DNA of 64,000 nt from a virus (taxonomy: Duplodnaviria; Caudoviricetes): IMG/VR virus record IMGVR_UViG_3300029305_006500; one strand, written 5' to 3'. A program made the translations under genes and the position numbers. This document shows, in pieces, positions 1 through 9,249 of the stretch. The notes beneath the pieces are model-generated. The model was not told the origin of the DNA. It saw only the letters and a program-made list of their open reading frames with translations, and did no database searches. Position 1 is the first letter of the stretch. Each line of letters opens with the position of its first letter.

Positions 1-312
1 ATTACCCCAAGTACTTGCAGGTCCAAGTTCACCATTAACTTCAAAACAAGTTAGTAAATTTAAGATAGCTAAATCTGCATCATAGGCTTTATGGAAGTTT
101 TCATAATCGATAATATATTTTCCAGCATAATGTGATTGAGACATTGTTATGCCATTGCGAGAAATCGCCCAAGTATGATCTCTTTTTTGTGCATATTCAA
201 AAGCTGCGGCTTTTCTTTCAGCAGGCGTCAGCCCAGCATAGGGTGATTTATAGCTACCATTATAAGCTTCTGCTAGCATATCTAAGTTTTCAAATAAATT
301 TAAAATACTCAT
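1..312 (-). CDS. Hypothetical protein, 3'-partial (MSILNLFENLDMLAE...)
   Basis: Read manually: 104 open codons running off the window start; preceded on the minus strand by a GCTAAATT motif (346-353). Confidence 0.75.
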   Translation of the reverse strand, partial: MSILNLFENLDMLAEAYNGSYKSPYAGLTPAERKAAAFEYAQKRDHTWAISRNGITMSQSHYAGKYIIDYENFHKAYDADLAILNLLTCFEVNGELGPASTWGN

Positions 313-471
313 TGTTTAGCTCCATTAAAAAGTGAGATTCTAAATAATTTAGCAAATTGCTTATAAGCCTGCTTTAAATTTTTTTATAAAATATAGTATA
401 ATATAAAGTAATAATAAAGTAAATAGGAGAAACTTTTAGGAAAATCAGTTTTTCTAATTGGAAATATTAAG

Positions 472-711
472 ATGAAACAAAAAGAAGAGCTATTTAAAGA
501 GAGAATTTTATATGAATCTTTAATTTATATTATGGAAACCCAGCAACAGATTTTAAACAGAGTTTTGGAGCTGGGCTCTGGTAAACCAATTACTATTTAT
601 GATACCACCACTGCTGATTATTTGCTTACTCAGTGTGGGGCTATTAAAGATTATCTTTTATGGCAAGAACAAGACTTACGTGAAAAGGCGGCTCACGGAG
701 ATGGCAACTAA
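472..711 (+). CDS. Hypothetical protein
   Basis: First ORF of the rightward operon, overlaps next gene. Confidence 0.65.
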   Translation: MKQKEELFKERILYESLIYIMETQQQILNRVLELGSGKPITIYDTTTADYLLTQCGAIKDYLLWQEQDLREKAAHGDGN

Positions 712-1102
712 TAGAAAAGCAATACCAAAGGCGGCTAGGGAGGAAGTTTTTAGAAAATATGACGGACATTGTGCCTATTGTGGTAAAGTACTGACAACTA
801 AAGACTTTCAAGTAGATCATCTTGTACCAGTTCAAAGAGAAAAATGGGGGAAAGCTACCGAGCAAGAAGTAGAAAATTTTAAGAATTTTATGCCTTCTTG
901 TCGTAGATGTAATCATTATAAAAGAGCTCATTCTTTAGAGACCTTTAGACGCTATATAGAAGAAATTCCGGAAAAGCTTCGTGAAGGTAATTACATATAT
1001 AAAGTTGGGTTAGACTATGGTTTAGTAGAGGAACACCCAAGAGAAGTTGTATTCTATTTTGAGCAATGGGAATATGAGAATGATACGAGATCAATAGAAT
1101 AA
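701..1102 (+). CDS. HNH endonuclease
   Basis: CAYCG...VDHLVP...NFMPSCRRCNHYK motif; GGAG then ATG at 701 (track start 599 is probably too long). Confidence 0.9.
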   Translation: MATNRKAIPKAAREEVFRKYDGHCAYCGKVLTTKDFQVDHLVPVQREKWGKATEQEVENFKNFMPSCRRCNHYKRAHSLETFRRYIEEIPEKLREGNYIYKVGLDYGLVEEHPREVVFYFEQWEYENDTRSIE

Positions 1103-1114
1103 AGGAGATTATTT

Positions 1115-1354
1115 ATGGCAGGATATAATGAAGATTTGCTTGCAGCAATGAAAGTCCAGACAGAATTCATCAAGAAGCAGGCATTATTTGAAGTAATTCA
1201 GATGGTAGCCGTTTGTGATAACTTTGATGATTTTAAAAAGGCAGCCTTAGGAAAAGCTATAGAGTTTATGCGTGAAATGGAAGCAGATGGAACATTGAAA
1301 CCTGGATTTACAGACAAAGTTGTGGAGAATAGTAAAGTAAAAGGAGAACTTTAA
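1115..1354 (+). CDS. Hypothetical protein
   Basis: AAGGAG RBS, operon packing. Confidence 0.75.
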   Translation: MAGYNEDLLAAMKVQTEFIKKQALFEVIQMVAVCDNFDDFKKAALGKAIEFMREMEADGTLKPGFTDKVVENSKVKGEL

Positions 1355-1941
1355 TGGCAGATCTTATATTTTACGTGGGAGCAATGGGTAGCTCAAAAAC
1401 AGCTCATGCTCTAATGACTAAATTTCAATATACAGAACGAGGTAAACGAGTATGGCTTATTAAACCAGCTACCGATACAAGGGAACCATTTAAAACAGAT
1501 AATGGAGTTTGTTGGGCGCTGGTTAAGTCAAGAATAGGTATTGAGGCTTGGGCCGAAGTAATTTACCCAGAAGATCATATTAATGCTCCTATTACTGCAA
1601 ATACTATTATTTGTGACGAAGCACAGTTTTTAACTCCTGAGCAGGTAGATGAGCTAAAGATGATAGCCGATTCCAGAAATATAGAAGTTTTTTGTTATGG
1701 GTTGAAAACTGATTTTAAAACTCATTTATTTCCTGGGTCAAAACGATTACTTGAGCTCGCATCTAAAACTATTGAGCTTCCTGTTATTTGTGACTGTGGT
1801 AATAAAGCTGTAGTGAATGCTAGAATAATTAATAATTCTATTGTAGCAGAAGGCGAATTAATAGATATCGGTGGAGATGAAAAGTATAAAGCTTTTTGTT
1901 ATGCTTGTTGGAAAAGAAAATTAGCAGGAGGTAGTATATGA
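1354..1941 (+). CDS. tdk: Thymidine kinase
   Basis: GAMGSSKT P-loop, KSRIG, CDEAQF, YGLKTDF, C-terminal Zn cysteines. Confidence 0.95.
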   Translation: MADLIFYVGAMGSSKTAHALMTKFQYTERGKRVWLIKPATDTREPFKTDNGVCWALVKSRIGIEAWAEVIYPEDHINAPITANTIICDEAQFLTPEQVDELKMIADSRNIEVFCYGLKTDFKTHLFPGSKRLLELASKTIELPVICDCGNKAVVNARIINNSIVAEGELIDIGGDEKYKAFCYACWKRKLAGGSI

Positions 1942-2150
1942 GAAGCTGGAATCCAAGTATTATTGCTTCTATAATTTGTAGACTAGTTGGTATAGTTGCA
2001 GTTTTAGCTTTTGTGTATGCTATGGTTGTTTTCACTGGGAGTTTAGCTTGTCTGTGGTTATTATTTCTTTTATTTGCAGTTGAGCTTATACCAACTTATG
2101 AATTTAAAAAAGAATTCCCAAAGCAAAATACTGAAGAGAAAAAGGAGTAG
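1938..2150 (+). CDS. Small membrane protein
   Basis: Two hydrophobic segments, ATGA coupling. Confidence 0.7.
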   Translation: MRSWNPSIIASIICRLVGIVAVLAFVYAMVVFTGSLACLWLLFLLFAVELIPTYEFKKEFPKQNTEEKKE

Positions 2151-2155
2151 AAATT

Positions 2156-2707
2156 ATGCCAATTATAATTAATTTAGTCGGACCACCTGGAGCTGGAAAA
2201 TCTACAGGAGCAGCTTATTTATTTTATACTTTAAAATCAATGGGAGTAAATGCAGAATTACTTACAGAGTATGCTAAAGATAAAACTTGGGAGCATAATC
2301 ATACAGCATTATCCAATCAGTTGTATGTTCTTGGAAAACAATATTATAAAATTACTCGATGTGCAGATCAAGTAGATGTTATTGTCACCGATTCACCAAT
2401 TTTGTTATCACTTCTTTATGGTAAGGATACCCCTTATAAGAAAGAATTAGATGCTCTTGTACATAGATTATGGGAATTAGATGATAATTTATTATATTAT
2501 ATTCAGCGCATAAAGCCTTATAATCCTGCTGGGAGAAATCAGACAGCAGAAGAGAGTGATGCTTTAGGAGAAGAGCTTAAGAATATTCTTCATGAAAACG
2601 GCTTTGAGTTTAATTCTTTTTATGGAAATGAGGCTGGATACAATGCTATTGCCTATGAGGTGTTAGAAAGACTAAAGGAGAAAACAGATAGCTGTAAAAA
2701 TAATTAA
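2156..2707 (+). CDS. NadR/Ttd14-like P-loop nucleotide kinase/ATPase
   Basis: GPPGAGKST, EYAK, VIVTDSP, YNPAGRNQ motifs. Confidence 0.8.
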   Translation: MPIIINLVGPPGAGKSTGAAYLFYTLKSMGVNAELLTEYAKDKTWEHNHTALSNQLYVLGKQYYKITRCADQVDVIVTDSPILLSLLYGKDTPYKKELDALVHRLWELDDNLLYYIQRIKPYNPAGRNQTAEESDALGEELKNILHENGFEFNSFYGNEAGYNAIAYEVLERLKEKTDSCKNN

Positions 2708-2798
2708 GCCAGGTAGGACAGAATTTTGTGACTTTTGTTGTAATGTAGGAATATATAAAATAAATTTAAGTAAATAACAAAATCTACCTTCTGAGCTA

Positions 2799-2813
2799 TT
2801 GTATATTATTATG
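2799..2813 (+). promoter_or_regulatory. Class-1 phage promoter motif (TTGTATWWTATAAT-like)
   Basis: Same motif precedes about 14 transcription units in the window. Confidence 0.6.
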
Positions 2814-2842
2814 TACGATAAAAACTTCAGGAGGTAATTTTT

Positions 2843-3076
2843 ATGTATAGCCCTTTTGTTCATGAGATTCTTAATGAATGGAAAGCAGAGTCGAAGGTTA
2901 CTCATTTGATGCTTTTTAAGCTTCGAGATCATGAGCTTACTATTTTTACAGACCGTCCAGGGCCTCTTATTGGTAGAGGCGGCTCACTTATTGCAAAATA
3001 TGAAGAGAAGCTTAAAAATTTGCCTTTTGGTAAGGTACACGCAATTAAGATTATTGAGACTGATGGTATTTTTTAA
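2843..3076 (+). CDS. Stand-alone type II KH-domain protein (ribosomal protein S3 N-terminal-like)
   Basis: LTIFTDRPGPLIGRGGSLI matches the S3/KH GxxG signature. Confidence 0.75.
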   Translation: MYSPFVHEILNEWKAESKVTHLMLFKLRDHELTIFTDRPGPLIGRGGSLIAKYEEKLKNLPFGKVHAIKIIETDGIF

Positions 3077-3090
3077 GGAGTGTTTAGGCT

Positions 3091-3456
3091 ATGGTGGAAA
3101 AGAATTATCGTAATATCGACAAGAATGCAATTTATTTTTGTCTGATGCAGCCCATTGAGACTTTTATGGGTCTGATTTCATTTACTAGCTCGGATACACC
3201 TTGGGAATGGTTTGAGTGTAAAGTAGATGAATCTAGATACAAAGTAGATGATAATTATAAGATTACTCTTAGAGCTTTGAACAACTGTGCTTATGAACAT
3301 TATTATCAGGATGATTTTCTCAGTCTGATAAATCAAGGACTTATTGTAAAGAAGACTTCCGATAAGATGCATGTTGAGTATATAGATTTTTATGAGCCTA
3401 TTCCCGGTACTATCGCTTATTTGCATCATGAAGGCTCTCATATTGTGGAGGCATAA
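3091..3456 (+). CDS. Hypothetical protein
   Basis: RBS, operon packing. Confidence 0.7.
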   Translation: MVEKNYRNIDKNAIYFCLMQPIETFMGLISFTSSDTPWEWFECKVDESRYKVDDNYKITLRALNNCAYEHYYQDDFLSLINQGLIVKKTSDKMHVEYIDFYEPIPGTIAYLHHEGSHIVEA

Positions 3457-3460
3457 ATAA

Positions 3461-3742
3461 ATGAAAAGACTTTTTGTGTTGTTTTTACTCTTAGTATTAT
3501 TTTGTAGCTTAGTTTCTTGTAATAGTCCAGCTACATCGGGTAGTATTGCTTATTGTGTAGAAGCTATGGATAGTAGCTACGTAGATTTTGAGATAATCGA
3601 GTCTGATATCGGTGAAGGCTGGACAGTCTGTTATGATAAAAATACAAAAGTAATGTATGTTATACTTGATGCTTATCAGTCCACCGGTATGACACCTATT
3701 TTGAATGCAGACGGTACCCCTAAACTTTATGAAGGAGATTGA
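3461..3742 (+). CDS. Putative lipoprotein
   Basis: Signal peptide with lipobox-like LVSC; YDKNTKVMY...TPILNADGTPKLY. Confidence 0.75.
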   Translation: MKRLFVLFLLLVLFCSLVSCNSPATSGSIAYCVEAMDSSYVDFEIIESDIGEGWTVCYDKNTKVMYVILDAYQSTGMTPILNADGTPKLYEGD

Positions 3743-3745
3743 TAA

Positions 3746-4048
3746 ATGAAAGCAACTGGTATTGTTCGTAGAATTGATGATCTTGGTCGCGTTGTAGTTC
3801 CTAAGGAAATACGCCATACTCTTGGGATTAAGGAGGGCGACCCTTTGGAGCTTTATGTTGAAGGCGATGTAATTTGTTTTAAAAAGTACAGCACCCTTCC
3901 TGAAATTGCTCAGACTATTGAGACACTTGCTAATCAGGTTTCTGATCCTGATACTTTGAGGGATCTTGATGAGACTGATGCAGCAGCCATTAGAGCTTTG
4001 GCAAAAATTTTACAGAAGAACTTTAAGAAGCTATCTCAGGAGTCTTAA
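3746..4048 (+). CDS. AbrB/SpoVT-family transcription regulator
   Basis: MKATGIVRRIDDLGRVVVPKEIR...EGDPLE is the SpoVT/AbrB N-terminal signature. Confidence 0.92.
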   Translation: MKATGIVRRIDDLGRVVVPKEIRHTLGIKEGDPLELYVEGDVICFKKYSTLPEIAQTIETLANQVSDPDTLRDLDETDAAAIRALAKILQKNFKKLSQES

Positions 4049-4049
4049 G

Positions 4050-4274
4050 ATGAAGAAACCAATTCCTCCAGATAGCTTATTTATAGACCAAGCTAGGGTT
4101 GCCTTAGAAAAAGCAAGAGCAGAACTTCATCTTGCAATTTATTTAGGCGAATGTGGAAGTAACGCAGGTATCAGAAAAATCTGGTCTGAGAGGGCAGATT
4201 GGATTGCTCCTTTAATTTATCTTGCAGAAGCTCAAATAGTGAGAGAGGAATCTGAAAATGATAAAAGCTACTGA
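4050..4274 (+). CDS. Hypothetical protein
   Basis: AGGAG RBS and ATG at 4050. Confidence 0.7.
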   Translation: MKKPIPPDSLFIDQARVALEKARAELHLAIYLGECGSNAGIRKIWSERADWIAPLIYLAEAQIVREESENDKSY

Positions 4275-4761
4275 TGTAAAGCTTAAGTCTTGTCCTTTTT
4301 GTAAAGGTGAGGTAGAACTTTGGAAATATAGTGAAGCTATTAAGTGTCGATTTATTTGCAAGAAGTGTAAAGTTGAGATAGAATTTCCTAGAGGTCTTGA
4401 TTCTAAAGATTGTATAAAGAAATGGAATAGAAGAGCTACTCAGAAAGGCATTACAGTCTATGGCGGCAATGATATTTTATATCCAAAAGGTGCTTCTATC
4501 GTAGATATTTTAACTACTCCTTATGTAGAGGAAGAAATGCTGTCAGAGACAATTTGTATGGATGAGGGCTTTAATCAGTTTAAAACTGTAAAGTATAGAC
4601 CCACTTGTGTACATGGTTGTACTGATTGTATTTGGGACCCGGCTTATATTTATGCTACTTATCCTAATTGGTACAAGAAGCTTTATGGAGAGGCTAAGCC
4701 AGAGGAGGTAGCTTGTGAGAATTGTAAGACAGGTGAGCGTTATGACGATGAAGACAAGTAA
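4258..4761 (+). CDS. Lar-like Zn-ribbon protein with Cys-rich C-terminus
   Basis: LKSCPFCKG...CKKC...KWNRR resembles the Lar restriction-alleviation family. Confidence 0.65.
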   Translation: MIKATDVKLKSCPFCKGEVELWKYSEAIKCRFICKKCKVEIEFPRGLDSKDCIKKWNRRATQKGITVYGGNDILYPKGASIVDILTTPYVEEEMLSETICMDEGFNQFKTVKYRPTCVHGCTDCIWDPAYIYATYPNWYKKLYGEAKPEEVACENCKTGERYDDEDK

Positions 4762-4786
4762 GGTTTATTTCTGGAGGTAATATAAT

Positions 4787-5350
4787 TTGTATTGTCTAAG
4801 ACTTGAAAAAAAGACTTTTAATCCTGCCAAAAATTATTTTGATGTAGAAGAAGTCATTATTAAAAGACCTTCAACTGATATAGAAAAAGAACTTTCTAAT
4901 AAGATTGATAAATATTCTACGTGGGGTTTTATTACTATTTTTATTGGAATTATCTTAGCTATTGCTTGTGCTATTATTTTTGGTGTACTCGCGGAGACAG
5001 TTCATATAGTTTTTGGAGTAGCTGCTTTTGTTGGAGTATTGTTTTTCTTTATTGGTGGCATTGTATTTGCTCGCCAATATTTTTGGGAGCAGGAGCACAA
5101 ATATAGCGAAGAGCTTTGTACTTATCATAAAGAACATGATGAAGAGCTTTGGGCAGAATATGAAGCCGAGATTAAAGCTTATAATGAGGAGCAGGATAAG
5201 ATTGCAGAGGCGTGGAGAGATGAGCACCCTCTTGAGGAGAAGATTAGAGCTTGTATTAAAGATCCTAAGTCTAGCGTAGAAATTGCTGATCTGGCAAGAT
5301 ATTACGCTATTGAATATTTGAAGGAGGTTTCACGTGAAACTTTGGATTGA
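4787..5350 (+). CDS. Membrane protein
   Basis: GGAGG RBS, TTG start, two TM segments. Confidence 0.7.
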   Translation: MYCLRLEKKTFNPAKNYFDVEEVIIKRPSTDIEKELSNKIDKYSTWGFITIFIGIILAIACAIIFGVLAETVHIVFGVAAFVGVLFFFIGGIVFARQYFWEQEHKYSEELCTYHKEHDEELWAEYEAEIKAYNEEQDKIAEAWRDEHPLEEKIRACIKDPKSSVEIADLARYYAIEYLKEVSRETLD

Positions 5351-5654
5351 TGATGTAAGACCTGCACCTGATGGATACATTTGGTGTCTGAGTGTTGATT
5401 CTGCTAAGAACATTATCCTTTATGCTGAAGCTATTAGAGCAAATAGTGTTGGGTGTAGAAGATTGATTGATCTTATCGATATGGATCACGATGCTGGAGA
5501 GTATAGTAATCAAGGGGGAGATTACATCAAGCTCCTTGATTGGCTTGAAGAGACTGAACGTAGTTATCCTATTAGGATTCATTCAGCTAACCCTGTAGGT
5601 GTTGCGAATATTAGACGGATTATTGAAAGAAATGGTTGGAAGGAGATAAGATAA
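5334..5654 (+). CDS. Cyclic-phosphate-processing receiver-like domain protein
   Basis: LWIDDVRPAP...DMDHDAG...IHSANPVG family motifs. Confidence 0.8.
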   Translation: MKLWIDDVRPAPDGYIWCLSVDSAKNIILYAEAIRANSVGCRRLIDLIDMDHDAGEYSNQGGDYIKLLDWLEETERSYPIRIHSANPVGVANIRRIIERNGWKEIR

Positions 5655-5992
5655 TGAAAATTAGACTTGTTAATTGGTTAAACTTAGTTGCAGCTTGTTT
5701 ATGTTTTGTAGCTGCTGTTCTTGGCTTTTGTGCCGGACATCCTGTGAACATTGTAATAGCTTGTCTTAACATTGTTGCAGGTACATGGAATGCTTTTATT
5801 TTTTTGCATGCAGTTGCAGTTTGGTGGGAAAGGTCCCTAAAAGTAGCGGCAAAGTTTGTTTTTACCTGTCGCAACTGTGAACACCAGTTTATTCCTACTT
5901 TTTGGGCTTGGTTTTTTGTACCGCATATTGGCAGTAGACGATATTTAAAATGCGAGAAATGTGGAACACGATCTTTTATGAGAAGAAAATAA
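5654..5992 (+). CDS. Membrane protein with C-terminal Zn ribbon
   Basis: TM helices, CRNC...PHIG...YLKCEKCG; similar to ORF 39894-40076. Confidence 0.7.
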   Translation: MKIRLVNWLNLVAACLCFVAAVLGFCAGHPVNIVIACLNIVAGTWNAFIFLHAVAVWWERSLKVAAKFVFTCRNCEHQFIPTFWAWFFVPHIGSRRYLKCEKCGTRSFMRRK

Positions 5993-6001
5993 GGAGATAT
6001 T

Positions 6002-6232
6002 ATGAAGGTAAAAATTTGTTTAGACACTATGACAGATATTGCTAATTTTGTACTCGCAGTGCATTATGCCACAGGTAAGCATGATCAAGTATGGGTTACT
6101 GATGGCACGACTGGAGCCAAAATCAATGCAAAGTCTTTCCTTGGGTTAATTGCAACCCGTGATTTTAATGAAATTTGGTGTGAATCTGATAAGGATATTT
6201 ATACCGCAATCCGTCATTTTGAGGCTGAGTAA
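6002..6232 (+). CDS. HPr-like protein
   Basis: KINAKSFLGL matches the HPr Ser46 region; His15 motif not seen. Confidence 0.65.
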   Translation: MKVKICLDTMTDIANFVLAVHYATGKHDQVWVTDGTTGAKINAKSFLGLIATRDFNEIWCESDKDIYTAIRHFEAE

Positions 6233-6252
6233 CTCAGCCTTTTTCTTTTTTT
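6221..6252 (+). terminator. Rho-independent terminator
   Basis: AGGCTGAG-TAA-CTCAGCCT followed by T-tract. Confidence 0.8.
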
Positions 6253-6313
6253 AGGCTAATTTAGCTTTTAGGCTATTGTATAATATTATAGGATTATTTT
6301 ACGGAGGAGAACT

Positions 6314-6754
6314 ATGGGAATCAGTCTTACAGCTAACTATAAAGGCGCCCCATCGTTAGATGGCAGTAGTTTTATGTTGTTTAAGATACGTAGTAGAATA
6401 GCAAAAGCTTGGGATGCAGAATTTGGAGAGCATTACGCTACGTTGATGGATGCTTTTCGTTTTAACGAACTTGAAGCTTTTGATAGACGTACTACAGAAA
6501 TTCTAGAACAATCAAGATTTTCAAATGACGCAGATATAGCAGAGTTTATGTTTATGTCAGATTGTGAAGGCAAGGTAAATTATAAAACTTGTAAAAAGCT
6601 TGCAGATTTGTTAACGTCTTTAATTATAAACAAAACTGAGGATTTCGCTCAAATTAGCTTACGTTATCAGGCGTATAGCAAAAATGATTGGGAAGATTTA
6701 TTGAAGTTATTGAGAGGTTGTTATTCTCATAGAGCAAATTTGATTTGGAGGTAA
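6314..6754 (+). CDS. Hypothetical protein
   Basis: GGAGG RBS after class-1 promoter (6276-6290); SDCEG motif. Confidence 0.75.
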   Translation: MGISLTANYKGAPSLDGSSFMLFKIRSRIAKAWDAEFGEHYATLMDAFRFNELEAFDRRTTEILEQSRFSNDADIAEFMFMSDCEGKVNYKTCKKLADLLTSLIINKTEDFAQISLRYQAYSKNDWEDLLKLLRGCYSHRANLIWR

Positions 6755-6757
6755 ATT

Positions 6758-7174
6758 ATGGAAGTTATTACTGATTTTAAGATTACCTGTGGTAAAGATA
6801 TATCTGATGCGCTTTACCGTATAGATAAAGAATTTTATGTACCAGTTAAACGTTTTAAAGATGATCATGTTTTTGACGAAGACCGGAGTGTAAAGTGGAA
6901 TCGTGAAGAGGTAATTCGTCAGAATGAAAAGCAGCGTGAGCTTCAGCGTCAAGCACGAGATATGTGTGCCAAAAGTCATGCAGCTCTACTAGAAGCTATT
7001 TATGAGTATATTATGACTGAGGCAACTTATGAGTATAGTTTCACTCGTGAAGAAGCTGCTGTAATTTGGGCACAAACTCAGAAACATCATGATCAAGAAC
7101 CTTGGAATTGGGTAGATGACATGGCAGAATCTGCCGGAGAATTTTATAAGGTATACGAGAGGAATCAAAAATGA
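6758..7174 (+). CDS. Hypothetical protein
   Basis: RBS, operon packing. Confidence 0.75.
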   Translation: MEVITDFKITCGKDISDALYRIDKEFYVPVKRFKDDHVFDEDRSVKWNREEVIRQNEKQRELQRQARDMCAKSHAALLEAIYEYIMTEATYEYSFTREEAAVIWAQTQKHHDQEPWNWVDDMAESAGEFYKVYERNQK

Positions 7175-7680
7175 GAGAAGAGACAGTTGTAAAATATGTT
7201 GCAGATGATGGGGTTGCTTTTAAAGATAAGCTGGACTGCTTGAATTACGAAAAGCTTTGTGAAAAGTATAAGAAGTGGTTGGCAGACGGTAAAGTAATGT
7301 TCTGGGACCATTATGAAAACTATATCAACTTTGACCTTTGTAAAGGTGATGAAGGCGTCAATTACCTTGACTGGCTTAAGAAGCGCTTGTCTACTGGAAT
7401 TGGCTATATTATAATTAATGAACATCCTTGTGGAAGTGGTTGGAGTTCCCTTTGGGAGTTTGTAGTAAAGTACTGCTTATTTGACAATACAACTGCAAAA
7501 AAGATTGAGCCCACCTATTGTGAAGGCGATATACTTAGCTACGATTATAATGATTGCAGATTCCACAATATTGATTTAGTTATTAGAAATGCTGCGGCAA
7601 CTAAAGACCGCATGATGAAAGATTTGGCACATAAGGCTTTTAATGCAGGTAAGGAGGAAGAAAATGAAGGAACTTGTTAA
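7171..7680 (+). CDS. Hypothetical protein
   Basis: ATGA coupling; YVADDG.AF...C N-terminus common in phage proteins. Confidence 0.75.
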   Translation: MREETVVKYVADDGVAFKDKLDCLNYEKLCEKYKKWLADGKVMFWDHYENYINFDLCKGDEGVNYLDWLKKRLSTGIGYIIINEHPCGSGWSSLWEFVVKYCLFDNTTAKKIEPTYCEGDILSYDYNDCRFHNIDLVIRNAAATKDRMMKDLAHKAFNAGKEEENEGTC

Positions 7681-8077
7681 ACTTGTCGCCGAAAATCCTG
7701 ACCTGCCTATTATTGCTTTGGTTCATGGCGAGGTTTGTGGAGATGATTGTGGCTATTGGTTAGGGCATTGTGGTTCAGCTTCTGTAGAGCTAGTAGGTCT
7801 TATTGGTGAGCGATATTATACGGACCTTGAAGAATTTACTGAGGTTTACTATGATCGGCATTCTGATGAACTTTGTGAGAAATTTAATTATGAGCCACGT
7901 TGCTGTGCCGTTGCAGTAGAACGAGGTGAATATACCGAGGAGCAGTTTGCGGCTAATTGTTTAGCTGAAGCTCGATTGGAAGAGTATCTAAAAGAAATTG
8001 CTATTAAATATATGAGAAGAGCTATTGTTATGTACGTAGATCTTCCTAAAGACAATATTATTCCGGAGGTAGACTGA
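7664..8077 (+). CDS. Hypothetical protein
   Basis: AGGAGG RBS, ATG 7664. Confidence 0.75.
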   Translation: MKELVKLVAENPDLPIIALVHGEVCGDDCGYWLGHCGSASVELVGLIGERYYTDLEEFTEVYYDRHSDELCEKFNYEPRCCAVAVERGEYTEEQFAANCLAEARLEEYLKEIAIKYMRRAIVMYVDLPKDNIIPEVD

Positions 8078-8081
8078 TGGT

Positions 8082-8294
8082 ATGGTAGAACTTTCATTTG
8101 GAGAACTTAAGCAAGGCTTAATTTGTTGCACAGTTTATAGAAATTGTTCTGGTTGCCCTTTATATATGGGGCCAGAGTTAGGGCCTAAAGAGGATTGTAC
8201 TTATGCACTTATGAGTGCTGCTTTTAATTGTATTAATACAATGGAGAAGGATTTCGCAGAGCTGGTTGCTTCAGTTAAACAAGGAGAAACATAA
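8082..8294 (+). CDS. Cys-rich hypothetical protein
   Basis: RBS, operon packing. Confidence 0.65.
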   Translation: MVELSFGELKQGLICCTVYRNCSGCPLYMGPELGPKEDCTYALMSAAFNCINTMEKDFAELVASVKQGET

Positions 8295-8587
8295 TGTCCG
8301 AATATTTGCAAATTGTAAAAAGAGCTAAAGAGCAAGGTATTGATTTGACTAATAAAATGGTACTTATCCCTAAGGCTGAAAATAGGTTTTACCTTAATGA
8401 TTCTCCTGTATATGGAAGACTTTGGGAAGATACCGGATATGTTGCTTTACTTAGGGATGTAGAGGAGCCCTATTCTGAGACTGGATTTATTAAAGAGCCT
8501 TTTATTTATAGAGTAAAAGATAAATATAAAACTTATCTTTCTGGTGGTAGTATTTCATATCTTGTAGAATTTTATGTGATTGAATGA
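8294..8587 (+). CDS. Hypothetical protein
   Basis: TAATG coupling. Confidence 0.7.
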   Translation: MSEYLQIVKRAKEQGIDLTNKMVLIPKAENRFYLNDSPVYGRLWEDTGYVALLRDVEEPYSETGFIKEPFIYRVKDKYKTYLSGGSISYLVEFYVIE

Positions 8588-8790
8588 GGAAAAAGATGGA
8601 TAGACCTAATATACTTTCAGAAGAATTACAGTTAAGAAACAACTACGTAGCGCGTATTAGAGAGGCAGAGCGACTAAGAGCTTGTAAGGTAGAAAGTGAC
8701 TATGAAGATACTTTTAGCATTGTTTGGGAAATAATGCAAGATAGTTTTAAGCGCGGACAGGAGGCAGGCAGAAATGAGTCAACTAAGTGA
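8584..8790 (+). CDS. Hypothetical protein
   Basis: Operon packing. Confidence 0.65.
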   Translation: MRKKMDRPNILSEELQLRNNYVARIREAERLRACKVESDYEDTFSIVWEIMQDSFKRGQEAGRNESTK

Positions 8791-8983
8791 TGCTTTACTA
8801 GCAGCAGCACACGAAGCAGAAGAGTTAGAAAAGCAACAAAAGGATCAAGATGCTAGGCTGAATATCTGTGAAGCTAGGACTTATGAATTGAGCGATAGAT
8901 ATGATAAATTAAAAGACAGCCTTAAAAAAGTTAAAGAGGCTCTTATTGCTGGGGTTATTGCATTAGAAGAATTGGAAAATTAA
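8774..8983 (+). CDS. Coiled-coil hypothetical protein
   Basis: GGAGG RBS, heptad pattern. Confidence 0.7.
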   Translation: MSQLSDALLAAAHEAEELEKQQKDQDARLNICEARTYELSDRYDKLKDSLKKVKEALIAGVIALEELEN

Positions 8984-9054
8984 ATAAATATATAATTCTA
9001 AGTGGCTACATATTGTATAATAATATGTAGCCACTATTTATTTCGGAGGAACTT

Positions 9055-9249
9055 ATAATTAATTATGAACAGAAGCTTGATTATTTGGAAGATATTGTGG
9101 AAGAGCTTACAGCAAGAGAATTATCTTCTAATTGTGTAGTTCCAGTGTTACAAAAATTTTCTTGGTCAGAGCTCTGTGATGAGGGAATCAGAATTTTTAC
9201 AGAGCTACGCAATGATGCTAAGGAGGCAAATAATGTTACAACAGCTTGA
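9055..9249 (+). CDS. Hypothetical protein with ATA start (or start-mutated gene)
   Basis: GGAGGA RBS followed by ATA and a 64-codon open frame; not in ORF track. Confidence 0.5.
   Translation: MINYEQKLDYLEDIVEELTARELSSNCVVPVLQKFSWSELCDEGIRIFTELRNDAKEANNVTTA

Noticed and set aside
132-335. Plus-strand 67-aa ORF
   Set aside because: Overlaps the more convincing minus-strand gene 1-312
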